The notes under the pieces: generated by a model
Database searches by the model: none
Told to the model about the DNA's origin: nothing
The model's input: only the letters and a program-made list of their open reading frames with translations
IMG/VR virus record: IMGVR_UViG_3300031949_000027
Location: 2,437-66,436 of that record
From: a virus
Lineage: Duplodnaviria; Caudoviricetes
Reading direction: 5' to 3' (one strand)
DNA length: 64,000 nt
In this document: piece by piece, positions 37,743 through 50,900 of the stretch
How the letters are laid out: the number at the start of each line of letters is the position of its first letter
How positions within the stretch are numbered: position 1 is the first letter of the stretch
Made by a program: the position numbers and the translations under genes

Positions 37743-38960
37743 ATGGGAATTGCAAAATCACTTAGGAAAGTAGATTATCTTTCAGATGTTGGGAATGATC
37801 TAACAAATCTTGCAAACATACTTGAAATCAATAGGAAAAAAGAAGAACAAAAACAGTTTATCAATACAGTAGTTGGACTTTACAACAAATGGGAACAAGG
37901 GCAAGATAAAGCGAAAATGAAAAGCGACCTGAAAGAGGGAGGTCAGGTAACGAATGTTCTTTCTCCTGATAACGTTAGAGGAATGACGGGAGAGAAGCCA
38001 ACCGGACTTAACTTAAAAACTAATGTTCCTGAAAACATACAAACAGATTTATCAAAGCAACCACCGATGGCTCCGGAAACTCAAACGAGAGAAATCTCTC
38101 CTCAAGAAAGATATATGAAAAGCGAGGAAAATCTTAGTGAATTTATGAAAGCTATTGTTCCCCTGATTATGAATCCCGATGTAGATCAAAATTTGATGTC
38201 GAAGACCAATGTATTAAGCGGACTCGCTTCTCAAGAGACAGAGAAACTGAGACCGAAAGAACCAACATATTTTGAATTGAGTCCGGGAGAGAAACAATTC
38301 AAGAGAGACGAAAAAGGCGTATCAGAAGTTGCCTCTAATCCAAAGTTAGATACATCAGAGATTGAAGAATATGAGAGAGACGAAAACGGCAATTACAAAG
38401 TTTATAATATTGAAGGACAGAAGTATTATAATAAATTGAAAAAAGATGCTCAAGGTAAAAAGGTCGGAGAAGAACTTACCAGAATACCAAAATCTGGAGA
38501 AGGCGGGACGACTATCAATATGCCGGAAAATCCTCCTGATATTTCTCAGCAAGAAAAAGATTTAACAAAATCTTGGGACAATTATGAATTTTATGATAAA
38601 AAGACAAAAGACCTTGCAGTAGAACTAAAGAAGAAACAGGATGAATACAAAACCGCTTCAGCAGAAAATCAGAAACTAATCAGAGCAAGAATAGATGAAA
38701 TAAATGACGAACTTGGCAAAGCAGATGAACAGAAAAATATCTGGTTTACAGATGTTAAGGCTACAACCAACCAGACGGCGAATAAATTAAATAGCAAAAT
38801 GCCGGGATTTGAAAAAATATATAATCTATTATTTCAATCACCAGAAGTAAAAAGCAAGGACTCAAAGAAAATAGATAAACTTGTAGAGAGAGAAATGGAA
38901 GGGGCAAGCGATGATGCTAAGAGATGGATGAAAAGACTTCTTAAAGCAAGGGCTTTCTAA
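37743..38960 (+). CDS. Ejection protein (putative)
   Basis: Charged and helical; GGAGG RBS before ATG 37743. Confidence 0.55.
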   Translation: MGIAKSLRKVDYLSDVGNDLTNLANILEINRKKEEQKQFINTVVGLYNKWEQGQDKAKMKSDLKEGGQVTNVLSPDNVRGMTGEKPTGLNLKTNVPENIQTDLSKQPPMAPETQTREISPQERYMKSEENLSEFMKAIVPLIMNPDVDQNLMSKTNVLSGLASQETEKLRPKEPTYFELSPGEKQFKRDEKGVSEVASNPKLDTSEIEEYERDENGNYKVYNIEGQKYYNKLKKDAQGKKVGEELTRIPKSGEGGTTINMPENPPDISQQEKDLTKSWDNYEFYDKKTKDLAVELKKKQDEYKTASAENQKLIRARIDEINDELGKADEQKNIWFTDVKATTNQTANKLNSKMPGFEKIYNLLFQSPEVKSKDSKKIDKLVEREMEGASDDAKRWMKRLLKARAF

Positions 38961-41900
38961 ATGGCTAAACAACCTTTTGAAGATTTAACAACGATTGCAG
39001 ATAAGATACAGAATAAATACAATCTCGAATGGAAGGGGAAAACCACAACTCAAACCGATGATCTCACCGAGATAGCAGATCGTTTAGACCAAAAATTAAA
39101 AAAACAAACCGAAGAATATGTTGGCATAACCGAGCCAGAATACGGCGAAGACTATGGAGTCCCGGAAGGATTTATTGACTATGATTCTCTTGGAGCGACA
39201 AGAGAGGAACGTCTCAAGAAAAGCAAAGAACAATTAGGAGTTAAAGAATCTATCGGTAGCCAATTTCCCGGACAGATCCCATTTGCAATAGAAACTCCTG
39301 AAACATCAACCGCTAATGTATTTGAATCACTATTACAGCCAGAAACAACCGTAGCGGAATCAACTCTTTCTACATTAAAACCAATTCAAAAAGAAGACGT
39401 TTTAACTATTGATGAAATTAAAAAACAGGAACGTCAGGAAGAAGGGACACGCAGGTTAATTAAATCTTTGCAGGATTATGAAAAAGGGACAAGTGTTTTC
39501 GGAACGCCAAACGCTATTCAGTTAGCGATTGAACACGAAAAGAAGATAAAAGAAAACCCATACTCAATGACAAGCGAAGAAGCTGAGCAATATTACGCAC
39601 AGAATCAGCATTTATTAAAAGACCTGACAAATACTTCGAGACGAATGTTAAAAGACATTCCAGTAATAGGGCAAATAACAAATACACTTCTTTATCATGT
39701 AAATCCAGAAGGATTCAGATATGCGGTAGCAGATGAATTAAGACAAAACAAATCGGCAGTAAATAAATATGCTGATTACGCAGCAGAATTTGCTGGGAGC
39801 CTTGCAGGGCTATTCTCGATAGGAGGAGGAATCCATCAAGGAGTAAATACAATCAAAGCGATTGAAACCCTTGCTAAAACAAATCCAAAGATAGCGAAAG
39901 CCATTTCAGCCTTTATTTCGGGGACGACTTATGGAGGATTGGGCGAAGCTGAAAAACTGGCATCAGGATTAGTTACGCCGGAAGGAGCGATAGCCAATAG
40001 TCTTGCATCAGGATTGGTATGGACAGCATTTACACAGGTTGGCACAAAAGATTGGTTAAAACTTCAAAAGAAGATCACACCAACAGTAGTCCCCGAAGGT
40101 CAGTCATTACAAGGATTTATTCCTAAATGGAAAACCGTATTAAACGGACAGAAGGTTAATGTAGGTTATGTTAAAGACAAAGGATTTTTATCAACACAAA
40201 TTGGTAATTGGTTAATAGATACAGGGATAGTAACGGCGGTAGGGACGGTATCTCATAAAGTTGCAAGAGCAGTTGATGATTCTGAAAGAAACGATACACC
40301 ACTGGTTAAGGAATTACAAAAACAATTTACAGAAATAGACCTTACACAGACTGGAATTGAATTTGCCATAAATGCAATTTTCACAGGCTCGATACCAAAA
40401 CAATATGGTAAAATGCCTCCACCGTCAATTAAAGAATCAAAAATATTTGAACAAAAATTACTTCCCGGTGAAAGGAAAGTTGATGAAACAGTAAGACAAT
40501 CAATGAAGCCGATTTCGCCATTCGCACCAACTGATATTAAAAAACCTTTTGTAACACCAACGACAGTTCCTCCGCCGGTTAAAACTCCCGAAGAAAAAAT
40601 TCAGGATATTGAATTAACACCCGAACCACCAGTAACAGAACTGCAAGCGGGAATGACGATAGAAGAAGAAACTCCTATCCTTGAAAACATTGTAAATAAA
40701 GTCGTAAATGGTGAAACTTTATCCGAGCAGGAAACACAGCTTCAAAGCAAATATCCGAACTACATTAAAACTAAAGTCAGAAGTATTCAGGAATCTCCGG
40801 AATTCAAACAGGCACAGTCCGAGTTACGTCAGCAGGAAAAACAGAAAGCCAAACTTGATACCGATAACTATGTGGAGCTGAGCAGACAATTCAAGAACGC
40901 ACAGCGAAAGAGAAACATTTACGATGTTGAAGTATTGAGAGAAGGTATTGCGGATATTACCTCTCCAGAAATAAAAACCAAAGCAGAAACATTATTAGTT
41001 GAGGCAGAAAAGCACAACCAAAATCTGACAGAGAGAAATAAATTTACCCTTGAGAATTTAAGCCGGAAGAAATACGGCACAATGGATCTCAGAAGCCTAA
41101 CCGAAGAACGGCAGCAAGGTTTGTTGAACGAATACAATGCAATGAAGAAACAAGGAATCACAGAGTTCAAGCAAATCCAAACTATTAAGCCAATAATTAA
41201 AAAAGGAGTAACAGATGCCATACAAGAGCGAAGCCCAGAGGAAATACTTCAACGTGAACCGGAAGAAACTGGAATCACAGGGGGTGAACGTGGAGGAATT
41301 CAACCAAGCATCAAAGGGGAAAAGCCTACCGAAAAAGGTAAGCAAGAAGAAATCACCGAAGCGGAAAAAGAAGGTTTCCTTACGAGACCGGGTAAGGAAG
41401 AAACTCAACCTGTAACGGAAATTCCCGCCGATACTAAAAGAAAAGAAAGCAAAGTATTTTATCGAGGCGGAGGCGAAGGCTCGATGCCGAGAGGGAAAAC
41501 AGCCCAAGACGTTATTAACTATGAAACCAAAGAATTAGGCAACAATATTCAGATTGAACCTAATATTAAATTAGGTGAAATACCATCAGAGAAATTAGTT
41601 TGGCTTACAGAAGAAGAAAAAGACGCTATCGAATATGGTGATGTTGACGAGATAGAACTTGAGGGAGAATATAGAATTATTGCAAGAGATCAGGACGGAG
41701 GGATATTAGTTGAGAAGAATTATAGGGAAATAGAACCCGAACCAACAGAAGCTCAGAAGGAAGCCGGGAATTACAAAAAAGGACACATTAAGAGAGACGA
41801 ACTTGATATATCAATAGAAAATCTGAAAGGTTCAACGCGGTCCGGCACAGACAAATCCGGGAAGAAATGGGAAATTGAATTACAGAATGATTACGGTTAT

Positions 41901-44900
41901 ATCAAAGGAACCTTGGGAAAAGATAAAGATCATCTTGACGTATTCTTATCAGAAGATTATCAGGAAGACTCACCAGTATTCATAGTCAACCAAACAACCC
42001 CTGAAGGTAAATTCGATGAACATAAAGTAATGCTCGGATTTACAAATATTGAAGATGCTGAACAATCTTATGTTTCTAATTACGAAGAAGGTAAAGCAAA
42101 CTATTCAGATGTAGTTGAAATGAGTATGGATGAGTTTAAGGAATGGAGTAAAGATCAGGAATTAATTAAGAAACCGGCTAAACAGAAAGAAAAATATCCT
42201 GATAATGCTTTTGCTGTCAAATTAAAATCAGGTAAAATTATTGCTGATGCTGATGCGAAAAATCATACTGAAATAGTTGAAAAGAATAATATCAATGAAG
42301 ATGATGTTATTGATATAGGTTTTATTAAAGACAACGAATTCTTAACCACAAAAGAATACACAGATAAAGTAAAAAGTGAGATTCAGCAACCCTCGAATAA
42401 TCTTGCTGCAATCAAGCGGATGATTGATGAGGGGAAATCATTAAAACAAATTTCGGATGCCCTAAATATTTCTTATGAAGAAGCAAGAAAAATAAGCGAT
42501 GAAATTTTATCGAAAAGAAAGCCGATAGAAGAAGTTGAGGAAACGAATATCGCCACAGATGCAAAAGGCTACCCAATAGTAACCGATAATTATGGCTATG
42601 ACCATACAATAAAACTTTGGGGAACACACATAGTCAGGACAAGTCCGGTTAAAGAAGAAGTAACAGAGAGCGGAATAAAGACAAGTAATTTTACGTTAGG
42701 CGGTTTGGGATGGGAATGGTGGGGATTCAAAAAGCAGGGAGATATTTGGGAAGGTTATGTAGAGGGATTTGAAAACGAATTTGGAAGTTTCTCTGAAAGC
42801 GAATTAAAAGAAAACGGAGTTAAGATTGTTACAGACCCAAAAGAATTACAAGAACTTAATCCTCCAATAGAGTGGAAGTGGAAACAGAAGAAAGCAACGG
42901 CAGAGAAAAAACCGACTAAGGCTCCGGAGCCACGACCAAAAATTGAAACAAAACCTGTAAAGCCAAAAGACACAGGAATTATTGACAAGGATATGACCGA
43001 CCTGATTAACGGTCTATTGGCAGATGATACAGCTCTCCAATTAAAGAAACCACAGCAGCCGGGATACAAAAAGGATATTGGACCGAAGGCTGTTACCGGG
43101 AAGAAACCAATTTTCAGAAGTGCAGCGATAAAATATGAAGGTAAAGTTTATGAGGGGATCAATCATTGGGACGCAACAGATAAAGCCGGGATAAGAATTG
43201 AAGATGAAGTAATACCATTTGAAGATTACGGATTTGTAACAAACGAAGGAAAATTTGTATCAACAATAGAAGCGGAAAAATTAGTAGGTGAGGTAGGCGT
43301 TTCTTCGGAAGATGCAATCACTAATAAATATCTTAAAAAACCTACCGCTAAAGAAATAGAAAAAGTTGAGAAAAAAGCAGGAAAATATTACAAACCTTTA
43401 TTTCAATTAAAACCCGGTGAAAGGATATCACCAGAGAAACAGTTAAAGGCAATCCAACTTGTAGAAAAATTCATTGGTAAAGAAGTTTACGAATTTAATA
43501 ATATGGTTTTCGCAGTAGAACAGGCATTTGGAAGAGAGACGATAGAGAAACTATTACCTGCACTAAAAGCAGGATATACGGCATATCTGAGTAATGTTTC
43601 TAATGAAGTGTATGACAAGATGGATAAACCCGATTATGTAAGGAAATTCACACTTGATAAGCCGGAGGGAAAAGTCCCAATAGAGGGCAGACCTGCACTT
43701 CATACAGAAGTTAGACAGCTTCTAATTGATGTGAATAAAATGACACCCGCACAGGCTGATTATAAGCTCAAGGGGACTGATATTAAAACTCTTGAGATAT
43801 GGAAGAAAGAACTTACAGAAAGAGCGGAAGCTAAAGGAGAGACAGGAATATCGAGACCTTTCATCCAGAGAGTAAGAGAAGAAATTCGAGCCGGAAATGT
43901 TTTAACCAAAACTCAACTTGAAAATATTGCTAAAGAATTTGATATTACAGATCCCAACGTAGCGAAGGAACAGGCTGAACTTGCTATTGTTGCCGAAGCA
44001 AGAAAGATTATCAGCGAAACTAAGGACGAGAAAGAGGCTTACGATAAGGTTGTCCAGATGTATCAGAATCAGCCTAATCTTACTCACAGGACAAATATAT
44101 CAGTAGAGAATCAGCAATATTCAACTCCGGCTCCTATATCTTATGTAGCAGGATTATATGTAGCAGACGGAGTTGGGAACGGTGATGTATTAGAACCATC
44201 AGCCGGAAACGGTATGCTCGTTATTGCATTTAACACAGGTCAAGTTTATGTAAATGAAATTGATGAAATAAGAAATGCTAATTTAAGACAGACCGGATAT
44301 GAGGGTATTGCGAATATTGATGCAGAGAAGCACGATAATATTTTTGGTAAAAAGTTTGATGGAATAATAACCAACCCTCCTTTTGGTAGTGCAGAGACAA
44401 AGAAGTTTAATGATTATAAGTTAGTAAAACTTGAACACATCATGGCAGCCAACGCACTCAAGCAAATGCAAAAAGACGGAAGGGCAGCGATAATAATTGG
44501 AGGACATAACAGATACGACAATAAAGGAAGATTACAGAACGACAGAACCTTCTTTAATTGGCTGAACCATCATTACAATGTAGATGCAGTATTAAATATT
44601 AGCGGTGATCTTTACAAGAAACAGGGGACACAATCCCCGATAAGGCTAATTTTAATCAACGGAAGAAAAGAAATACCACAAGGAGCAGCACCCTTATTTG
44701 ATGCACAGAAGGATGCAGAGATAAAAGATTTTGAAGATTTGTATAACAGAATAAAGGAGATCAGAAATGAAACTCTATTACGATCAGAACCTAATGCCGA
44801 GCGAGGACTTGGCGGAACTTCTGATGTGCGAAGTCCCGGCAGAAAAGATATTCAAAAACCCGGAAGAACTGAAACCATACCTGAGAAAGAGATTAGCAGA

Positions 44901-47900
44901 CCTGATACGGAAAAGCCCTCAGAACTTACAGAAGTTGGAGACACTGGTTTACGACCTTCTGGAACAGGAGAACCCATATCTGGAAAGCCCGGAAGAACTG
45001 GCAGACCTGATATTGGAAAGCCCACATTACCGGGAAGTGCTTCAGAACAAGGAAAAGGAAAAACCGGAAGTATTGACACAGGAAGAAGCGGAAAAGATAT
45101 TCAACGAGGCTTCAATAGAGAACCTGCTTCAGTTACTCCACGCACAATTTTAGAGGTAGATAAACCCTTCCTACCATACAAAGCAGAATCAGGAGGAGTT
45201 TCGCTTGATACAGTCATACCTCGAAATATGTCTTATGAAACATCTAAGCAACTTAAAATACTTACGGAAGACGTTGGCGGAGATATAGATCAATATGTAG
45301 TAGATAAACTTGAATACAAAGACAAGGAAGAACTTTACAGCCATCTTGGAGCGGAACAGATTGACGCAGTAGCTCTTGCCATTGTCGCAATAGAAAAGAA
45401 TCAAGGTATGATTATTGGCGATATGACCGGAGTAGGAAAAGGAAGAATAGCAGCATCGGTTATAAGGTATGCAGTTAATAATGGTTTCAAGCCAATTTTC
45501 TTTACAGAGAAAGCAGATTTGTTTTCTGATTTTTACAGAGACTTAGTAGATACCGGAAACAAAGAATTAAATCCATTCATAGTAAATAGCCCAAGTTCTA
45601 AGAATTCACCGGATATTGTTGATGAAGATGGCAACGTAATTCACAAAGCGTATGCAGGTGATAAAAAGAATGAAGCATTAAGGACCGGGGATATAGGAGG
45701 ACACGATTTTGTATTATGCACTTATTACCAAGTAAACAGTGAGAAACGAGGATTAAAGAGAAACTTTGTTTCAGATTTGGCAGAGGGAAATATTGTAGTA
45801 TTAGATGAAAGTCATAATGCAAGTGGAGACTCAAACACAGGAATATTTTTTAGTGGAATCGTCCAGAAAGCAAAGGGAGTAACATATCTCTCAGCTACAT
45901 TTGCAAAGAGACCGGACAATATGCCTATCTATGCAGTTAAGACAGCGATAAGCGAAGCCAATCTTACAGAATCTCAACTTGTAGAAGCGATTGAAAAAGG
46001 CGGGGTAGCACTACAAGAAATAGTTTCAACCGATATGGTAGAAGCCGGTCAGATGATTAGAAGGGAAAAAAGTTATGAAGGAATAAAAATTGGTTATAAG
46101 CCTTTGGTTGAAAAGAAATCCGAGCATACCATAATAGTAGATAATGTTACTGGAATAATCAGAGATATTATAGACTTCCAAAGTGAATACATTAAGCCTA
46201 TTGTTGATGGGATGGACACAGAAGCAGCACAAGATGGAGAAAGAGTTGCTATTGAAGGCGGAACAAATATGGCAGGAGTTGATAATACTCCATTTGCATC
46301 AAAAGTATTTAATGTTATTGACCAATTACTCTTTTCATTAAAAGCAGATTCCGCAGCCGATGAAGCAATACAAGCTATAAAGAAAGGACAAAAACCTGTT
46401 ATCGCAGTAAAGAATACTATGGAATCTTTTCTCGATTATCTTGGAGCAGAGGAAGGAGAAATTATAGAGAATACTGATTTCAGCACAATCCTTGAAAGAG
46501 GATTAAAAGGATTATTCAGAATTAGGAGAAGGGACGCAACCGGAGAAGGAGTCGCCGATGAATTATCAATGAATGATTTATCACCAGAAGGTAGAGCAGA
46601 ATACAAAAGAATTCTTGATAAGATAAATACAACATCAGTTGGAATAACAATTTCACCGATAGACCATATTATTTATAGATTAAATAAAGCAGGATATAAA
46701 GTTGGCGAGATAACAGGAAGAGATATAAGGCTTAAATTCAGAGACGATGGAAAAGCGATTATTGAAAACCGGACGGAAAAAGATAAAAAGAAAATCTTAC
46801 GAGAGTATAATAATTGGGGAAATCCCGGACAGCCAAGAGGAGTAGAAGGCGATAAAGATATTATATTGATAATAAACTCCTCCGGCTCCACAGGAAGGTC
46901 AGCACATTCATCTCCAAAGTTCAAAGATCAGCGTCAAAGAATGATGGTTACGGTTCAGATTGAACTTAACATCAATACAGAGATTCAGAAGCGAGGAAGG
47001 ATAAACAGAACAGGTCAAGTCAACAAACCAGAATATGTTACTTTATCAAGTGCTATCCCGGCAGAACAAAGATTATTGATGATGGCAAAGAAGAAATTAA
47101 AATCCCTTGATGCGAATGTATCATCAGATCAGAGTCAGGCAGGGACAACATTCGAGGCGAATGATTTTCTAAATAAATATGGCGATAGAGTAGTAATAGA
47201 ATATTTGAAAGAGAACCGGGAACTGAATGATATGCTTTTAGATCCGCTAAGAATGAACGCAATGAATGAAGAAGAACTCGAAAAATTTGTTACAAAAGAA
47301 GATGCAGCACATAAAGTAACAGGCAGAGTCGCAATACTGCCGACACAATTACAGGAAGAATTTTATAAAGAGATCGGACACAGATACGATGATTTTATTG
47401 AATATAAAGATTCGATTGGAGAAAACGACCTTGAAGTAAAAGTAATGCCTCTGGAAGCTCTTACAACGAATAGCAGGATGCTTGTAGCTGGTAAAGGAGG
47501 TGTAAGCCCATTCGGTAAAGATTCAATGTTAGAAACAGCAGAAATAAACGTATTGAAAAAACCACATCGAATGGAAAAGATCAATGAGTTTCTTGAAAAA
47601 TATCTTGAAGGCAAGGGGAAGGAAGAAAAGAAAAAAGAACTCATTGCAGATCAAAAAATATTTTGGAAAGGATGGGTTGAAACTCACGTTGACCGGAAAA
47701 AAGAAGTCATTGCTAAAGATTTGAAAATTAGTAAGGAAGATTTGAATAAACACCTTGCCGGAGGATTATCTGTTCAAGATATGATGAAAATATATCCTCA
47801 ATTAGTAGGTAAGGAAGTATTTATAGAAATGGAATTTTCTAAATATGCTGACCTCGTTAACAGATTTTTAGTTCAAGAGGATTTCATAATCAATAATATC

Positions 47901-50900
47901 TTTGGTAGATATGAAATAGGTAGCGTCTATAAATTACCATTAGTAAGAGATAATGTTTCTCCAACTTATTCAAATGCTATATTCTTAGGTTGGGATGTAA
48001 ATCCAAAGAGAAAAAACCCTTATGCTCCAAGTGCTATCAAATTAAAATTTGCAGTTGCAGATAGCAGACAGATAGTCCCAATTCCTGCATCACAAAGAGA
48101 TTGGTTAAATGACATAACGAGTGAAAGTTATAGTTTAAGTCAATGGCAGAAGAACGACATACTTTCTGATTGGGATAATGCTCTCCCGGATAACAGAAGG
48201 GAATTAAAAAATATTGTTACCGGGAATATACTTCAAGCGGTTGGCGACGTGAAGGGTGGGCAGTTAATTTCATACACCACAAAAGATGGAGGAATAAAAC
48301 GAGGAATACTGATTAAAGATAATAGAGCGATCAGCAGTGATGAAATTAGAGTCCCGATTAAGAGAGCAAGGAAATTCATACAGCAAATAGATATGGGAGA
48401 TTTCATCGAAAGTGTTGGCGGTGAAATAACTCTTATAAACGAGAGAGATAGAACATGGTCAATCGAAGTCCCGGCAAGTAAAGCAAAGGGAGGAAAGTAT
48501 TACCTTGATGAAGGAATAAAGAAACTCGTTAAGAATGGCAGGTTCGATAAATGGGGTAATACTATGAAAGCAGAACTGTCAAAAACAAACCTTGATGCTA
48601 TGATTGATTTGCTACAAGATGATTTTGGAATATCGGTTAGACTTTCTCAAGAACAAATAAAAAGAATCGGTGATGATAATTTACAACTAAGACCGGGAAA
48701 GATTTATAAAGATAGTTTTGGTAACGATGTTCCGGTTCAATATTCAAAAGCACACGAATTCACAGAAGATAATTATTATCTTAAAAAAGGGATTGTTGAT
48801 TTTGAAATTATACCTCCACAAAATGTATATTGGACGAGGGAACATATTAAATCTTACGATTATTCAGATGATTTTATTAAAACACTGCCTAAATTAAAAA
48901 AAGGAGATTTTGGTTATGAAGAAGGAAAAGAAAAATTCGCTGTCCAAATTGGAGGAGCCAAAACATTTGACTCTGAAACCGGCAGATGGAGAATCTCTAT
49001 CAGTAGCACAGCAACTCCGTCAGCATACTCCGAAGAAATCATCCACTACTTACAAGAAGTCATTGGAGAAGTTTCGCCAGAAATGGCACGGAGAATTAAC
49101 GAATGGGAATCAGACCTAAAAGAAGTTGCTAAAGCAGGAGGGATAAGCATACCGGAAGGGTATGAAACTTTTGCACAGGCGATGGTATTCACACATCTTG
49201 GATATGCTGAGGAGAATCCAGATGTAGCAGAACTGTTTGAAGTGCCAAAAGATATTCGGGATTGGTTCACTAACGAGATCCTCAACAAATCTATTTCCGG
49301 CAAAGCAAACATATCTGATTTATTAAAAGGAGAATCACAGAGAGAAGCGATCAGACTACCATCCGGTAAAATTGACAATTCATTACAAAACTTCCGGCAG
49401 AAAAGACAGGGAATGGCGATACCTTCTGAACTAATACCGATTGAAGATAAGCGGATTAAAAAGGGTCAGGAAGTATATGCTCAGTTAAAATCACAGTTCG
49501 GACCGTTAGCAGATGTTTATCCGCAGTGGCACAGGACTATGAGGCAGGAATATGGCAAAGAATTTGAAAGAGAATCGAGAAAAGTATGGAATGAAATGAA
49601 AGGGATTTTACATCAATTAAAACCTGCACCAAAAGAACTCATCGAGAAAGTTGAGTCCAAAGGATTGGTTATTGATAAAAATTCTATTGCTACCTATAAG
49701 ATTAAAGGCGAGCCAAAAGAGTATGTTGGAATAAGCACACCAGATAAAGCAGTTTCAAGAATATTCGAGCTAAGTAAACTTGATGAAGGATTAAAAACAT
49801 TCCCACCAACATCTCTACAATTAAAGAAGCCAAAGGACTTTAAGAAACCAATGAAGGACCGCGAAGAAAGATTCTTTGGAAAGAAAACAGAAACAGAGAT
49901 AGCGAGAGAACAGGGAAGGGAACCCGAGAGCGGAGAGGGCAACGTAGTTGATTTTGGAGCAGGATTAGGCAACGTCTTCACTGCAACAGCAGACAAGATA
50001 AACGAATTTGTCCGTAACAATAAACTTGAAAAAGAATTCGGCATCGAGAGCGACCCAAAGTTAAAGAAATTGTATAGAGAACTTCTTACAGCTCCCCAAT
50101 GGTTTTTCGATAAAGAACCTCAACTGAAAAGAGTTTGGGATATTATTGATAGGCATTTCGTAAGAAACGTAAACGAAGAAACAGCGATACTCCGGGAGGA
50201 TAAATGGAAAAACAGTAAGACTTGGAGAAAACTAACTGACATCGAACATAAAGAATTTTTATCAGCACTTGAAGAATACGAACAGACTCAATATGAATTG
50301 CAGAGAGACGGAGACGATCTTGAACTACTCGATTGGGCTGATTATGCAGATGAGTTTGCATTGACTCCAAAAGTAACAGAATTCTTATTCACTACATATA
50401 AGCCTACAATTGAGACAGCACTTGACATGGTGAAAGATGTTGACCGATACAAGATCATAAACGAGACCGAACACAATCCATATTTACAGAATTATTATGA
50501 AGCCAAAGGAACTAATGTAAAACAGCAACGATTAGATAATGAATTAGATAAAGCTAAAACAGAATTCTTTGATGATGATCCTAATTCGGAAGCCTTATAT
50601 GAAAATGAACTTGCAAATATGGTAAGGAACAAAAAACCAGTAGATGAAGTAAAGGCACTCGAATTAGTTTGGAAAAATAATCCTAACCTAAGAGAGACAT
50701 TAGCAGAAGTATTGATTGATAAGAAATATGAACGGATAGACGGCAAAGCATATTTCCCATCATCCAGACTTGATAAGAAATATTATCTAAGCGGATTTAA
50801 GAAAACGACATCAGAAGAAAAACTTCTTCAAGGAAAATTTGACGATAGATTTTTTACAACAAACGAGAATCTATCTACATTAGAAAAAATTAAAACTCAA

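Noticed and set aside
48910-49119. Third +1-frame ORF in the giant gene, with AAGGAG 9 nt before ATG 48916
   Set aside because: The main frame here looks like a folded domain (EEIIH region) and the alternative product has no recognisable pattern; keep only as a weak candidate
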